Assembly: GCF_006345805.1 (NCBI RefSeq)
Contig: NC_043019.1
Span: 27,155,360-27,219,359, forward strand
DNA: 64,000 nucleotides
Source of the DNA: Octopus sinensis
Taxonomy: Eukaryota
Reading direction: 5' to 3'
A model generated the notes under the pieces. The model saw only the letters and a list, made by a program, of their open reading frames with translations. It had not been told where the DNA came from and made no database searches. Numbering within the stretch: the first letter of the stretch is position 1; the number at the start of each line of letters is the position of its first letter. Positions 24,554-35,869 of this stretch are shown in pieces. Position numbers and translations under genes: made by a program.

Positions 24554-27420
24554 CGGGAAGCTTTATGAAAATAAACAAAAGACGAAGGCAGGTGGAAACA
24601 AAACGAACAATTGTATAGTATGGCGCTCAGGAAATAAAATAAAACAAGTCTTTAACGTTTCGAGCCTACGCTCTTCAACAGAAAGATACACAGAGAGAGA
24701 AAAACACAGAAAGAAGGAGAGAAAAAAAATGCGTGCAGTAGCTAACGAATCAACATGGCGATCTGATTTCGGCCAGAGGTCAAAGATCAAACATGAGACG
24801 CGAGAGCGAAATAAGGGGAGATAATAGGGTTGATAAACGGGTTGAGGGACCAGCTAATAGTGCGTGGGAGGGGTCTGGATGTGTGTATGTATAGGGTTGG
24901 TGTATGTATTAGTATGTATAAGGGTGTGTGTGTGTGTGTGTGTTGTGTATGAGAGAGTATTAGTGCGTAGGATGGGTCTGGGACGTGCGTATGTATGGGG
25001 TGGTGGTGTATTAGTATGTATTAGTATGTATTAGTACGTATTGTATGTATAGGTGGTGTGTGGGGTGTGTGTGAGAGAGTATAAGTACGTATGCGGGGTC
25101 TGGACGTGTTGTATGTATAGGGTTGGGTAAGTATTAGTATGTACTAGTATGTATTAGTACGTATTAGTATGTATTAGTTGTGTGTGTATTAGTATGGCAC
25201 ATCATATGTGATGTGTAAAGTCATGTGGTGTAGTGAGGAGAAGAGGGGGAGGGGAGAAGAGGGGGAGGGGGAGAAGAGGGGGAGGGGGAGAAGAGGGGGA
25301 GGGAAGGGGAGGGGGAGAAGAGGGGGAAGAGAAGGGGGAAGAGGAGAGGATGAGGAGAAGGAAGGGGAGGAGGGGGATGAAGGAGGAAAGAGGGAGAGGG
25401 GGAGAGAGAAGGGGAGAGAGAGAGGAGAGGGAGTGAGGGAGCAGAGGGAAGGGGAAGAGGGAGGGAGGAAGAGGGAAGAAGGGAAGGGGAGTAGGGGGTG
25501 TGAAAGGATGAAGGACTGAAGAAAGTAGGGGTCGGGGAGAGAAAGGATAGGTGAGGAGGGGGAGAGGGGGTTAGATGAGGAGGGGGTAGAGTTGAGACCA
25601 AATGGCGTATAAGAGCGAGAGAGAAGATTAATTCCTGTTCACGGCGCAAACGGGAATCCGGATGGCCTCTGTGTAAGGACAAACCGAACACAGATAGGTG
25701 TTGCAAGGAGTGACCGGTGGAGCGGAATGGCGTGAGACGGTGTGTCGTTCGCAAGGTGGATGTCACGAAGTGTTCCGCGAACCGGTCAGCCAAGCGGCGT
25801 CCGTTTGTCCGATGTACAAGGAATTGCAGAGAGAGCAAGAGATGCAATAGATAATATTGCTGGAGGTGCAGGTGAAGGAGTGGATGATGGGATAGGGTCG
25901 ATGGTGGGTGCTAGTGAGGCGGGTGGTGTTGGAGAGGTAAGGGCAAGTCCGGCAACGTGGGCGGGAGCAGGGGAACGAGCCGGGTTGGGAGGTAGGGTCA
26001 GGGAAGGAGCTATGGACCAAAAGGTCTCGAAGGTTGTGGGCTCGTTTGAAAGAGGGAAGGGGTCGGTTAGGGAAGAGGTGTGAAGTGGAGGGTCGGACTG
26101 GAGATGACGGAAAGCTCGAAGAATGGTGCGTTGGAGACGTAGGGTCGTGGGGTGATAAGTGAGGGGAAAAGGAGGCGGGAGACTACAGGGCGGGTTCGGG
26201 GAGAGAGAGCAGATACACGGTCCACGGACCGTGCTCTGGCAAGGGCGGTGTGGATAGTGGTGAGGGGGGGTATCCACGTAGGGTGAAGTGGTGAGCCATA
26301 CGTTGAGACTGTGTCTCAAAGTCATGGTCGTCACTACAGAGCCTACGTAGACGGAGGAATTGGGAATAGGGAATGGAAGTTGGTGTGTTCTGGGTGGGAG
26401 GAAGAGAAGTTGAGGTATGAGTGTGAGTCTGTGTGTTTTGTAGTGAATGGAGGGTGGTAAGAGTGGAGTGAAGAATGCTAACCGAAATTGTCGAGGAAGG
26501 AGACAGAGGTTGTTGGAGATAGTGGAAGTGAAGTGGAGGGCTGGATGGAAAGATTGGACGAAAGAGAGGAAGGAATCTAGATGTTCGCGGGAGAGTGAGG
26601 TGGCACCGATAATGTCGTCAATATAACGACCATATAGTTCAGGAGTGGGACCAGTGAAATTAGAGAATATTTGGGCCTCAAAACATAGCCAACGACAGGT
26701 TCGCATAGTTGGGCCCATTCGCGTTCCCATGGCCACTCCCGAGACCTGATGGTAGAACTCGCCCGCGAACGAGAAGAGCAGTTCAGAGTAAGGACAAGTT
26801 CGGCCAGACGAATGAGTGTGGAGGTGTCAGGTACAGGGTTAGAGCGGAGGTCAAGAAAGTGTCGAAGGGCATGCAGTCCTTCGTGGTGAGGGATAACAGT
26901 ATAGAGGCTTTAGATGTCCATAGTAAAAAGGATTTTGGAGGAGCCGGGAGGAAAGGAGAAAGAGTTGAAAAGCCGGAGAGCATGGTTGGTATCGTGGATG
27001 TGGGAGGGAAGAGATGCCACTAGGGGGGCAAGGACACGGTCGAGGTATTTAGAGATGAGCTCCGTGGGGCAGTTACAGGCGGAGACGATGGGGCGGCCAG
27101 GGTTGTTGGGTTTGTGGATTTTGGGGAGGAAGTAAATGGTGGGGGTACGTGGGGTTCGCACAATTAGGTTGGATGCGGTGCGGGGGAGACGGGAGGACGA
27201 GATGAGGTATTGGACAGTAGAGGATACCGTCTGTTGGTAGCTACGTGTGGGGTTAGAGGGCAGAGGGGAATAGAAGGAGGGTGTCATTGAGTTGGCGGAA
27301 AGCCCGGCCCTATAGAGGTCCGCGCCCCACACCACTACAGCTCCACCTTGTCAGCCGGTTTGATGATAATGTCAGCGCGCCGTTGGAGGGAACGAAGAGC
27401 CAAGAGCTCAGCCGGGGAGA
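24550..27420 (-). mobile_element. Penelope-like element (RT + GIY-YIG endonuclease), 5'-truncated and frameshifted, with 3' hammerhead-like motif
   Basis: Motifs across frames: IIIKPADK, YFLPKIHKPNNPGRPIVSAC, FTMDI, MAMGTRMGP, RYIDD, CSRPRCRTC, NIIYCISCSLCNSLYIGQT, RRLADRFAEH. These are followed by a homopurine/homopyrimidine tract and TCTTT-CTGTTGA-A-GAGC(GTAG)GCTC-GAAAC-GTT-AAAGA at 24649-24686. Confidence 0.9.
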
Positions 27421-27562
27421 TAAACGCGCAAAATTATTCCGTAGAATTTATCAAATTAAAAAACGCAATATACATACATATATATGCATACTTATATGCA
27501 CACACCGATCAACAAATACAGCCATACTCATATATACACGCACATACATTTATTTACATATA

Positions 27563-27721
27563 TGTATGTCCATAAATATATTTTGGGGTACTCCAATGTA
27601 TATATACATATATATATATATATGTATATATATTATATATATAAACATATATATATAATATATATATCATATATATATGTAAATATCTATCATAAATATA
27701 CATATATAGGCCACTCCTGCG

Positions 27722-27755
<34 letters not shown>

Positions 27756-27915
27756 TGCAGAAGTGGCCTATATATGTATATTTATGATGATAGATATTTA
27801 CATATATATATGATATATATATTATATTATATATGTTTATATATAATAATATATATACATATATATATATATGTATTTATAACCATGGAGTACCCCAAAA
27901 TATATTATGGACATA
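27563..27915. repeat. About 350-bp imperfect palindrome centred on (TA)n
   Basis: GTCCATAAATATATTTTGGGGTACTCCA pairs with TGGAGTACCCCAAAATATATTATGGAC. Inner GTAAATATCTATCATAAATATACATATATAGGCCACTCCTGCGCC pairs with its reverse complement after the TA run. Confidence 0.85.
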
Positions 27916-27918
27916 TAT

Positions 27919-27963
<45 letters not shown>

Positions 27964-28085
27964 TCAAATTGAGATGGGGGTTGTAAATGCAACCCACATG
28001 GGATACCATATATCCAATATACTGCTAGTGAGGTACCCAACAAAGTTAATACATAAATGTTAAGAATTGCGATACAATTAATTCG

Positions 28086-28470
28086 AGTGGCTGTGTGGTA
28101 AGAAGCTTGCTTCTAAACCACATAGTTCCGGCTTCAGTCCCACTGCGTGGCACCTTGGGCAAGTGTCTTCTACAATAGCCTCGAGTCGACCAAAGCCTTG
28201 AGTTGATTTGGTAGACGGAAACTGAAAGAAGCCCGTCGTATATATATATATATGTTTGTGTGTCTGTATTTGTCCCCCCCTCCACCACCACCATCACTTG
28301 ATAACCGATGTTTGGGTGATTATGTTCCATTAACTTAGCGGTTCGGCTAAAAGAAACCGATTGAATAAGTACTAGGCTTACAAAGAATAAGTCCTGGGAG
28401 TCGATTTGTTCGACTAAAGGTGATGCTCCAGCATGACCCCAATCAAGTGACTGAAACAAATAAAAGAATA
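28086..28470 (+). mobile_element. SINE family A copy
   Basis: Full consensus. Confidence 0.85.
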
Positions 28471-28483
28471 AAAGAAGATAGAC

Positions 28484-28535
<52 letters not shown>

Positions 28536-28696
28536 GATGGATGGATGGATGGATGGATGGATGGATGGATAGATTACATATATAATATTGCATGGAAAAA
28601 TGCGAGCAAACCTGGAAAATTACAGGACAAGTTATTACACTTGGAAAAGTTCAGGACATCTGATAAAGTACAGAACAAGAAAATTTTTATTTAAAA

Positions 28697-29367
28697 CTAG
28701 CAGTATCGCCCGGCGTTGCTCGGGTTTGTAAGGGAAATAACTATATAAGCATTTTTAGAGAGTTACTTCCCTTATATAATAGCAAAAAATGCATTAAAAA
28801 TGGGGAAAAATGATGGTAAATTTTTTTTTAAATCGTAGACTCATCGTAGACGCGCGCTAATACCCAGAAGGGCTCGATATGAATCACGACTATAAGATAC
28901 CCGCTTTTGGTTACACTGCACCGCAAAATAGGGAGTATTTAGGAATCTAAATCGTAGGAGACAGACACACACTTTACTTTATATATAAAGACTAGCATTA
29001 TCGCCCGCGTTGCTCGGGTTGTAAGGGAAATAACTATATAAGCATTTTAGAGAGTTACTTCCCTTATAGATGCCATTCGGCTTTCTTAGCCATTTCTGTT
29101 TTAGTGTCTTCAAGAGCCATGAAGTCGTTGTTCTAAAAGAACGCTGGTCTCCTTGACAACGCTTTACGACGTTGATTTCCTTAAACTCCCTTCCCCACAG
29201 CTTCACGAGGGAGGGGAAGAAGGGGAGAAGCAAAACAGGTGCAGGTGTGACCATGGACGCCAACTCCGCCGCCATCGACACACGAAAAAATATGCATTAA
29301 AATGGAATAAAAAATTATGTTAAATTATTTTTAAAATCGTAGACTCATCTAGTTTTATATATATAGA
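28697..29367 (-). mobile_element. Two head-to-tail non-autonomous Helitrons (28697-28991 and 28992-29367)
   Basis: On the minus strand each has a 5'-TC, a subterminal hairpin CCCGAGCAACGCCGGG and a 3'-CTAG. The pair sits between A and T with no TSD. Confidence 0.8.
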
Positions 29368-29949
29368 TTAGTTTTTATTAAAACAAAAAAAAAATTATTA
29401 CAAGTTATGAGGGAGGAGGAAGGTAAAAGTAAAGAGGCGTCTCACGCGCGCGTTACAAAAGCAGACGACAAGATGTCTGTTTATTATTAATTGTTGCTTC
29501 TCAGTCAATCACACACATTCACAGAAAAAAGATGCGAGAAAAAATAATGTTCAGTTACTCTCTCTCTCTTTCTCTCTCTCTCTCCTCTCTCTCTCTGAGA
29601 AGAAATGCCTGTCGCAAAGTGTGTTTCGTAAAAGATGGAAGTCTATAGCAAGTATGTTGCGAGTGAAAGAACCTGTTTAATCGAGAATGTAAAAAAGGAG
29701 AAAGCAAAGTCTTCAGTGTGAGAATGTGGTTTGTGGGGTCGACCGCGTCCTCCGCTTCATTTTTTGTTAATCACTCATTCTCATTTAATTGTATATATTT
29801 TAATTTTTGTTTATTCATATGTTTCGTCTCATTCGATACCCTGACCCAACGTTTGTTTTGTCCCCTCTTTTTCTCAACCTTATGGTGAATAAAGAAAATA
29901 CTCTCTCTCTCTCTCATCTCTCTCTCTCGCATCGTCCTCTCTCTCTCTC

Positions 29950-29984
<35 letters not shown>

Positions 29985-30064
29985 CACATCACTTATATTC
30001 ACGAAAATAGAGCGAAAAAATAAATATGAAATGTTCACTGTCGGGAGGGAGCAACTTCACATTA

Positions 30065-30804
30065 TCACCTTCTTTTTTTTAGTAAACTTTGGTATTTCAT
30101 TAATTCTTCTTTGTTAATAACTATATTTTCACAGGGGCGAGTTGCTGCACTCGCAAAATTTATATTTGACTTTTCCTCTTGTGGAGTAGCCTCGCTAGAC
30201 ATCTTGTCGTCTGCTTCTGTAACGCTCGCGTGAGACGCCTCTTTACTTTTACCTTCCTCCTTCCTCATATTCTCCTTCATGCCTTCAAACAATTTTCAAA
30301 GTTTTCCTCCGACTCGGAAGAAATTGGTGGCAAATTCGTGTTTTTTGCCGCTTGTTTAGTAGCCTCGCTAGACATCTTGTCGTCTGCTTTTGTAATGCTC
30401 GCGTGAGATGCCTCTTTACTTTCACCTTCCTCCTCCCTCATATTCGCCTTCATGCCTTCAAACAAATTTTCAAAGTTTTCCTCCGACTCGGAAGAAATTG
30501 GTGGCAAATTCGTGTTTTTTGCCGCTTGTTTAGTAGCCTCGCTAGACATCTTGTCGTCTGCTTTTGTAATGCTCGCGTGAGACGCCTCTTTACTTTCACC
30601 TTCCTCCTCCCTCATATTCTCCTTCATGCCTTCAAACAAATTTTCAAAGTTTTCCTCCGACTCGGAAGAAATTGGTGGTAAATTCATGTTTTTCGTCGCT
30701 TCCCCCCTTGAAACAAGGGGGAAAGAACAGCAAAACTCTGCTGTAACTGCAGAAAAGAAGTGGTCTCGACGACCAAAACAGCAAATTTTCAAAAATTTCA
30801 GCAC
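30065..30804 (-). other. Acidic ORF built from about 2.8 tandem 174-bp (58-aa) repeats, split by one frameshift; unassigned
   Basis: Unit NLPPISSESEENFENLFEGMKENMREEEGESKEASHASITKADDKMSSEATKQAAKNT. Anchors at 30311, 30485 and 30659 give a period of 174. A 1-nt deletion near 30290 joins ORFs 30804-30277 and 30292-30065. Confidence 0.6.
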
Positions 30805-31276
30805 AAAAACAATCTTTTACTGCGGAGCAAAGAATAACACGACCGATCAGAGAGAGAGAGATAGAACCTTATGGTGAATAAAGAAATTCTCTTTCCCTAT
30901 CTCCTTCTCTCACTCACTCTCTTTCTTTCTTTCTTTCTCTCTCTCTCTCTCGCAGTCAATCACTGAAAAAAGATGCGAGAAAAATAAATTTAAATTGTTC
31001 GCTGTCACTCACTCTCTCTTTCTCTCTCTCTCTCTTTCACTCACTCTCTTTCTCTTTCGCTCTCTCTCTCTTTCTTTCTCTCTCTCTCTCTCTCTCTCAT
31101 ACACACACACATTCACACACACATTCACACACACACCACACACAACACACACTTTCTGTCTCGCACTCCACCATCAACACATACACACGTCCATGTGCAT
31201 TTCTTCTCTCTCCCTTTATATGCTGGTTTCATTTTTCGCCCGTCCTAAACTTATTCTTTTACATTTCTGTTTCCAG

Positions 31277-31343
31277 CTCGATGAGAACATTATCACAGTA
31301 ACAAACTCTTCCTACGTAACAGGTGTTAAGCACGTCACATCAG
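31277..31343 (+). CDS. Same gene, coding exon 2 (LDENIITVTNSSYVTGVKHVTS + split codon)
   Basis: Acceptor tttctgtttccAG at 31275-31276 and donor CAG|GTAAGA at 31344. 67 nt, phase 0 to 1, joins exons 1 and 3 in frame. Confidence 0.78.
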
Positions 31344-31559
31344 GTAAGATTGAGGTGTTTCTTTTTTATCAGTTATGGATGCTGGTGTGGCTGCGTCTGT
31401 CCCTTTTATTAAACCCTAACACAGTCGAACCATCATGAAAGTTGTCTCAGACCTACCATATTACCTAACTATCAACCCACATGCATGCACCAACCCCCGG
31501 TTGACACAATGTGTGTGTGTGTGTGTGTGTGTATGTGTGTGTGTGTGTGTGTGTGTGTT

Positions 31560-31777
31560 ATTAAGGTGGTGATCTGGTAGAATCGTTTGCACGCTGGACG
31601 AAATACTTGGCGGTATTTCGCCCGTCGCTACGTTCCGGGTTCAAATTCCGCCAAGGTCGACTTTGCATTTCATCCTTTCGGGGTCGATAAATTGAGTACC
31701 AGTTACGCACTGGGGTCAATATAATCAACTAGTCACCTCCCTGCAAATTTCAGGCCTTGTGCCTTCAGTAGAAAGGA

Positions 31778-31840
<63 letters not shown>
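31560..31840 (+). mobile_element. SINE family B variant with (ATT)n tail
   Basis: tRNA-like head plus GGGGTCGAT core and ...AGAAAGGATT(ATT)n tail. Confidence 0.8.
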
Positions 31841-31841
<1 letters not shown>

Positions 31842-32455
31842 TGACGTCACACAGTATACAATATCATTGATTGAAGATATTGTGTCTACCAGGGGTTTGT
31901 ACTGTCCATCAAGTCACAACAAGGACCTCAGACAGACAGTACTTTACTCAATATGCGTGCAGTTCCAAGTAATGCTGACTTTTGCAATACTCCTAGACGT
32001 TTCTTCAGCTTGGGTGGTATTGAACCCAATGCTCCGATTACAATAGGGATAACCTTTATGTTTGACTCTCGTAGCTGCCACGTCTTAGCAATCTCAATAC
32101 TCAGGTCTCCATCTTTATCAAACTTTACACTTTCTTTCATGATGCTTTGTTGATCTCTTGGCACTGCCACATCAATTATTAGGCACTCTTGTTTGCCCCT
32201 CCTAAAGGTTACTATATCTGGCCTTCGATACTCCAATGCCTAGTCTGTCCGGAAGTCAAAATCCCAGAGGATTTTTGCCTTCCCCTTTTCGTCCATTACC
32301 TTTTCTGGTGTGTCTTGGTACCAAGCACCTGTAACCTCATATCCATACTTACAGCATAGCAGCCAGTGGAGGTTTTGGGCCACCTTGTCGTGTCTACGCT
32401 TGAATTCTTTCTGTGCAAGACTTTCACAAGCACTAACAATGTGAGGCACAGGTGG
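31840..32455 (-). mobile_element. 5'-truncated R4/Dong-clade non-LTR retrotransposon (CCHC remnant + RLE endonuclease)
   Basis: VPHIVSACESLAQKEFKRRHDKVA, KILWDF, RPDIVTF...LIIDVAVP, VIPIVIGALG, KSALLGTARILSKVL*. Short 3' UTR followed by (TAA)n. Confidence 0.88.
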
Positions 32456-32919
32456 CGTTGCAACAGATTTCTACAGCTGAGTGAAGTGGAGCAGCATAAA
32501 ATAAAGTGTCTCAACACACAGCCCGATATGGGAATCGAACTCACTACCTCATGACTGTGAGCCCATGTATGCATGCATGTATGTTTGTAAGTATGCACGT
32601 GTGTATGTATGTATGTATGTACGTACGTACGTACGTATGTATGTATGCATGTATGTCTGAATGTATGTATGCATGTATGTATGTATGTACGTATGTATGT
32701 ATGTAGTATATAAGTATGTATGTATATAAGTATGTATGTATGTATGTATGTATGTATGTATGTATGTATGTATGTATGTATGTATGTATGTATGTATGCA
32801 TGCATGTATGTATATATGCGTACATGCATGTATATATGCATCTATGTATGTATGTCCTGTGTACGACTTTAAACTACGTCCGGTAGTGGGGTTCTAATGC
32901 AGGGGTTCATCGTTCTCGC

Positions 32920-33250
32920 TGTCATCATCATCATCATCAACATCATCAATTCCATCATCACCATCATCACTACCACCACCGTCGCCGTCACTACCACTAT
33001 CATCCTTATTCTCACCACCACCACTATCATCATCATCATTACCATCATCATTACCATCATCATCAACAACAACTCCATCATCACCACCATGACCACCACA
33101 ACAGCCACCCTCACCATCACGATCACTATCGTCATTATTATCACCACGACCATCACCACCATTATCGTCATCATCATCATCATTATCATCATCATCATCA
33201 TCATCATTATCATCATCATCACCACCACCACCACCATCATCATCACCACC

Positions 33251-33284
<34 letters not shown>

Positions 33285-33310
33285 CCACCACCACCATCAT
33301 CATCATCATT

Positions 33311-33341
<31 letters not shown>

Positions 33342-33352
33342 CCACCACCACC

Positions 33353-33431
<79 letters not shown>

Positions 33432-33439
33432 CCACCACC

Positions 33440-33473
<34 letters not shown>

Positions 33474-33620
33474 TCATCATCATTACCATCATCATCAACA
33501 ACTCCATCACCACCACCACCACCACCACCACCACCACCACCACCACCACAACAGTCACCATCACCATCACTATCGTCATTATTATCACCACCACCATCAT
33601 CAACAACAACAACAACAAAA
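32920..33620. repeat. About 700-bp (CAT)n/(CAC)n mosaic triplet tract
   Basis: Directly visible. Ends about 40 nt before the exon 3 acceptor. Confidence 0.92.
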
Positions 33621-33660
33621 AGAACATCATCACGACTTTTTTTTCTTTCCTTTCTTGCAG

Positions 33661-33825
33661 ATGTCCCCGCCTGGTATGAAGTAGTCATGGCTTTCCAAGT
33701 TATTGGTTGTATATTCGCGTTCATGGCGCTGTTCATCACTCTCAGATGGACCATCAAACACTTCACAAGCGAGATCCAATGCGACTGCTACGGCAAAATA
33801 TCGTTGACCGCCTACGTCATTGCTG
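33661..33825 (+). CDS. Same gene, coding exon 3 (DVPAWYEVVMAFQVIGCIFAFMALFITLRWTIKHFTSEIQCDCYGKISLTAYVIA; TM2, loop, start of TM3)
   Basis: Strong acceptor ttttctttcctttcttgcAG and donor CTG|GTGAGC. 165 nt, phase 1 to 1, open frame. PAW...AF resembles the pre-TM2 motif of PMP22/EMP proteins. Confidence 0.87.
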
Positions 33826-33912
33826 GTGAGCATTACTTTTGACCTCCATCCTCACACATCGTCGACAATATCATCGCCATCATCATTGTCTATCATCATC
33901 GTCGTCGTGGTC

Positions 33913-34686
33913 CAGCTGGCAGAAACATTAGCGCGCCGGGCGAAATGCGTGGCCGTATTTCGTCTGCCGTTACGTTCTGAGTTCAAATTCCGCCGAGGTC
34001 GACGTTCCCTTTCGTCCTTTCGGGGTCGATAAATAAAGTACTAGTTTCGCACTGGGGTCGATGTAATCGACTTAATCCCTTTGTCTGTCCTTGTTTGTTC
34101 CCTCTGTGTTTAGCCCCTTGTGGGTAATAAAGAAATACGTATTTCGTCTGTCGTTACGTTCTGAGTTCAAATTCCACCGAGGTCGACTTTCCCTTTCGTC
34201 CTTTCGGGGTCGATAAATAAAGTACTAGTTTCGCACTGGGGTCGATCTAATCGACTTAATCCCTTTGTCTGTCCTTGTTTGTTCCCTCTGTGTTTAGCCC
34301 CTTGTGGGTAATAAAGAAATACGTATTTCGTCTGTCGTTACGTTCTGAGTTCAAATTCCACCGAGGTCGACTTTGCCTTTCGTCCTTTCGGGGTCGATAA
34401 ATAAAACCAGTTTCGCACTGGGGTCGATGTAATCGACTTAATCCCTTTGTCTGTCCTTGTTTGTCCCCTCTGTGTTTAGCCCCTTGTGGGTAATAAAGAA
34501 ATACGTATTTCGTCTGTCGTTACGTTCTGAGTTCAAATTCCGCCGAGGTCGACTTTGCCTTTCGTCCTTTCGGGGTCGATAAATAAAGTACTAGTTTCGC
34601 ACTGGGGTCAATGTAATCGACTTAATCCCTTTGTCTGTCCTTGTTTGTCCCCTCTGTGTTTAGCCCCTTGTGGGCAGTAAAGAAAT
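33913..34686 (+). repeat. Second tandem array of SINE family B: head plus 4 body units of about 184 bp
   Basis: Unit ends at about 34137, 34321, 34502 and 34686. Junctions restart at CGTATTTCG. Confidence 0.92.
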
Positions 34687-34864
34687 GTATACTCCTTCTC
34701 TTCCACTTCCTCCTCCCCATCATCGATTTTCTTCTTCTTCCTCGTCTTCCTCTTCCTCCCCTCCCCTTCCTAAGTTCCGCTGCTCTAATCACTAGACCAT
34801 GTGCCTCCACTGTGTATGTATGTGTGTGTCTGTGTGTGTATGTATGTATGTATGTATGTATTTA

Positions 34865-35237
34865 TCTCTCTATATATAAACGGCAGTTTGTCTCTGTGTG
34901 TTTCTGTGTGTCTGTTAGGTTGTACCCTCACCCTGACCACGGCTTTCAACCGATTCTGATGAAACTTGACACACACATAGCCCAATGTCATAATTCAAAA
35001 CTAACGCAGCGAAAATTTTGAAAAGTTCCCCCAGTTCTGAAAAAAATCGATAAATTCGACATGGGGTCGAGAATCAGAAACACAAACCACAGACTGTCTA
35101 GGGGACGCAACTCGACCTTTTTAACTAAAAAAAAATTTACCATCATTTTTTTTTTCCATTTTTTGGCTATAACTCTCTAAAAATGCTTTATAGTTAGTTC
35201 CCTTACAAACCCGAGCAACGCCGGGCGATACTGCTAG
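34865..35237 (+). mobile_element. Non-autonomous Helitron
   Basis: A|TC 5' end, hairpin CCCGAGCAACGCCGGG, CTAG|T 3' end. Ends 51 nt before exon 4. Confidence 0.82.
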
Positions 35238-35288
35238 TGTATGTATATGTATATGGAATCATTGTCAACTTTTTCTCTAATCTTATAG

Positions 35289-35443
35289 GAATCTTCATTC
35301 TGCTGGGAATCATCATTTTGGTCGGCAAAACCGAGACGAAGCAGATTGACTGGGCTCCAAGCGTATCCGGCTTCGGCGGAGCGTTTTGTATCATCGCTGC
35401 CAGCTTCATTCGATGGGGTCAACAAAAGGAATGTAGTTTATAG
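35289..35443 (+). CDS. Same gene, coding exon 4 (GIFILLGIIILVGKTETKQIDWAPSVSGFGGAFCIIAASFIRWGQQKECSL*; end of TM3, TM4, tail)
   Basis: Acceptor ctttttctctaatcttatAG, phase 1, stop TAG at 35441-35443. Spliced CDS is 210+67+165+155 = 597 nt, i.e. 198 aa plus stop. Confidence 0.87.
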
Positions 35444-35833
35444 TATAAAGAAGAAGAAAAAAAAATTAAAATCAACACTTCGAAAAAAAACAAAAAAACA
35501 ATAAACGTTAAAAAGCAAAACAAACGAAAAAAAGAAAGAAACAAAGAAAGAAGAAAAAAGGAAAATGACGTAAAGACTGTACGAGTTTGAAATCGCCATA
35601 CTACCACTACTATTACTACTATCAAACACTTGAAACTATTACTACAAATAAACTACGAACAGTACTAACACTACCACCGCAACTAGTGGTGCTACATTTT
35701 TATGAGAACAATATAAGGATTATCGCCACCGTTTTAGTAGAATCACATTTTTGTTCTACGCCTTTTATTTAAACACCGACATATAACACACAACACACAC
35801 ACACACACACACACCACACACATACACACACGC

Positions 35834-35869
<36 letters not shown>

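Noticed and set aside
32869-33766. Long poly-M/V, poly-D/G or poly-I/T proteins
   Set aside because: Stop-free frames are an automatic property of the (CAT/CAC)n tract.
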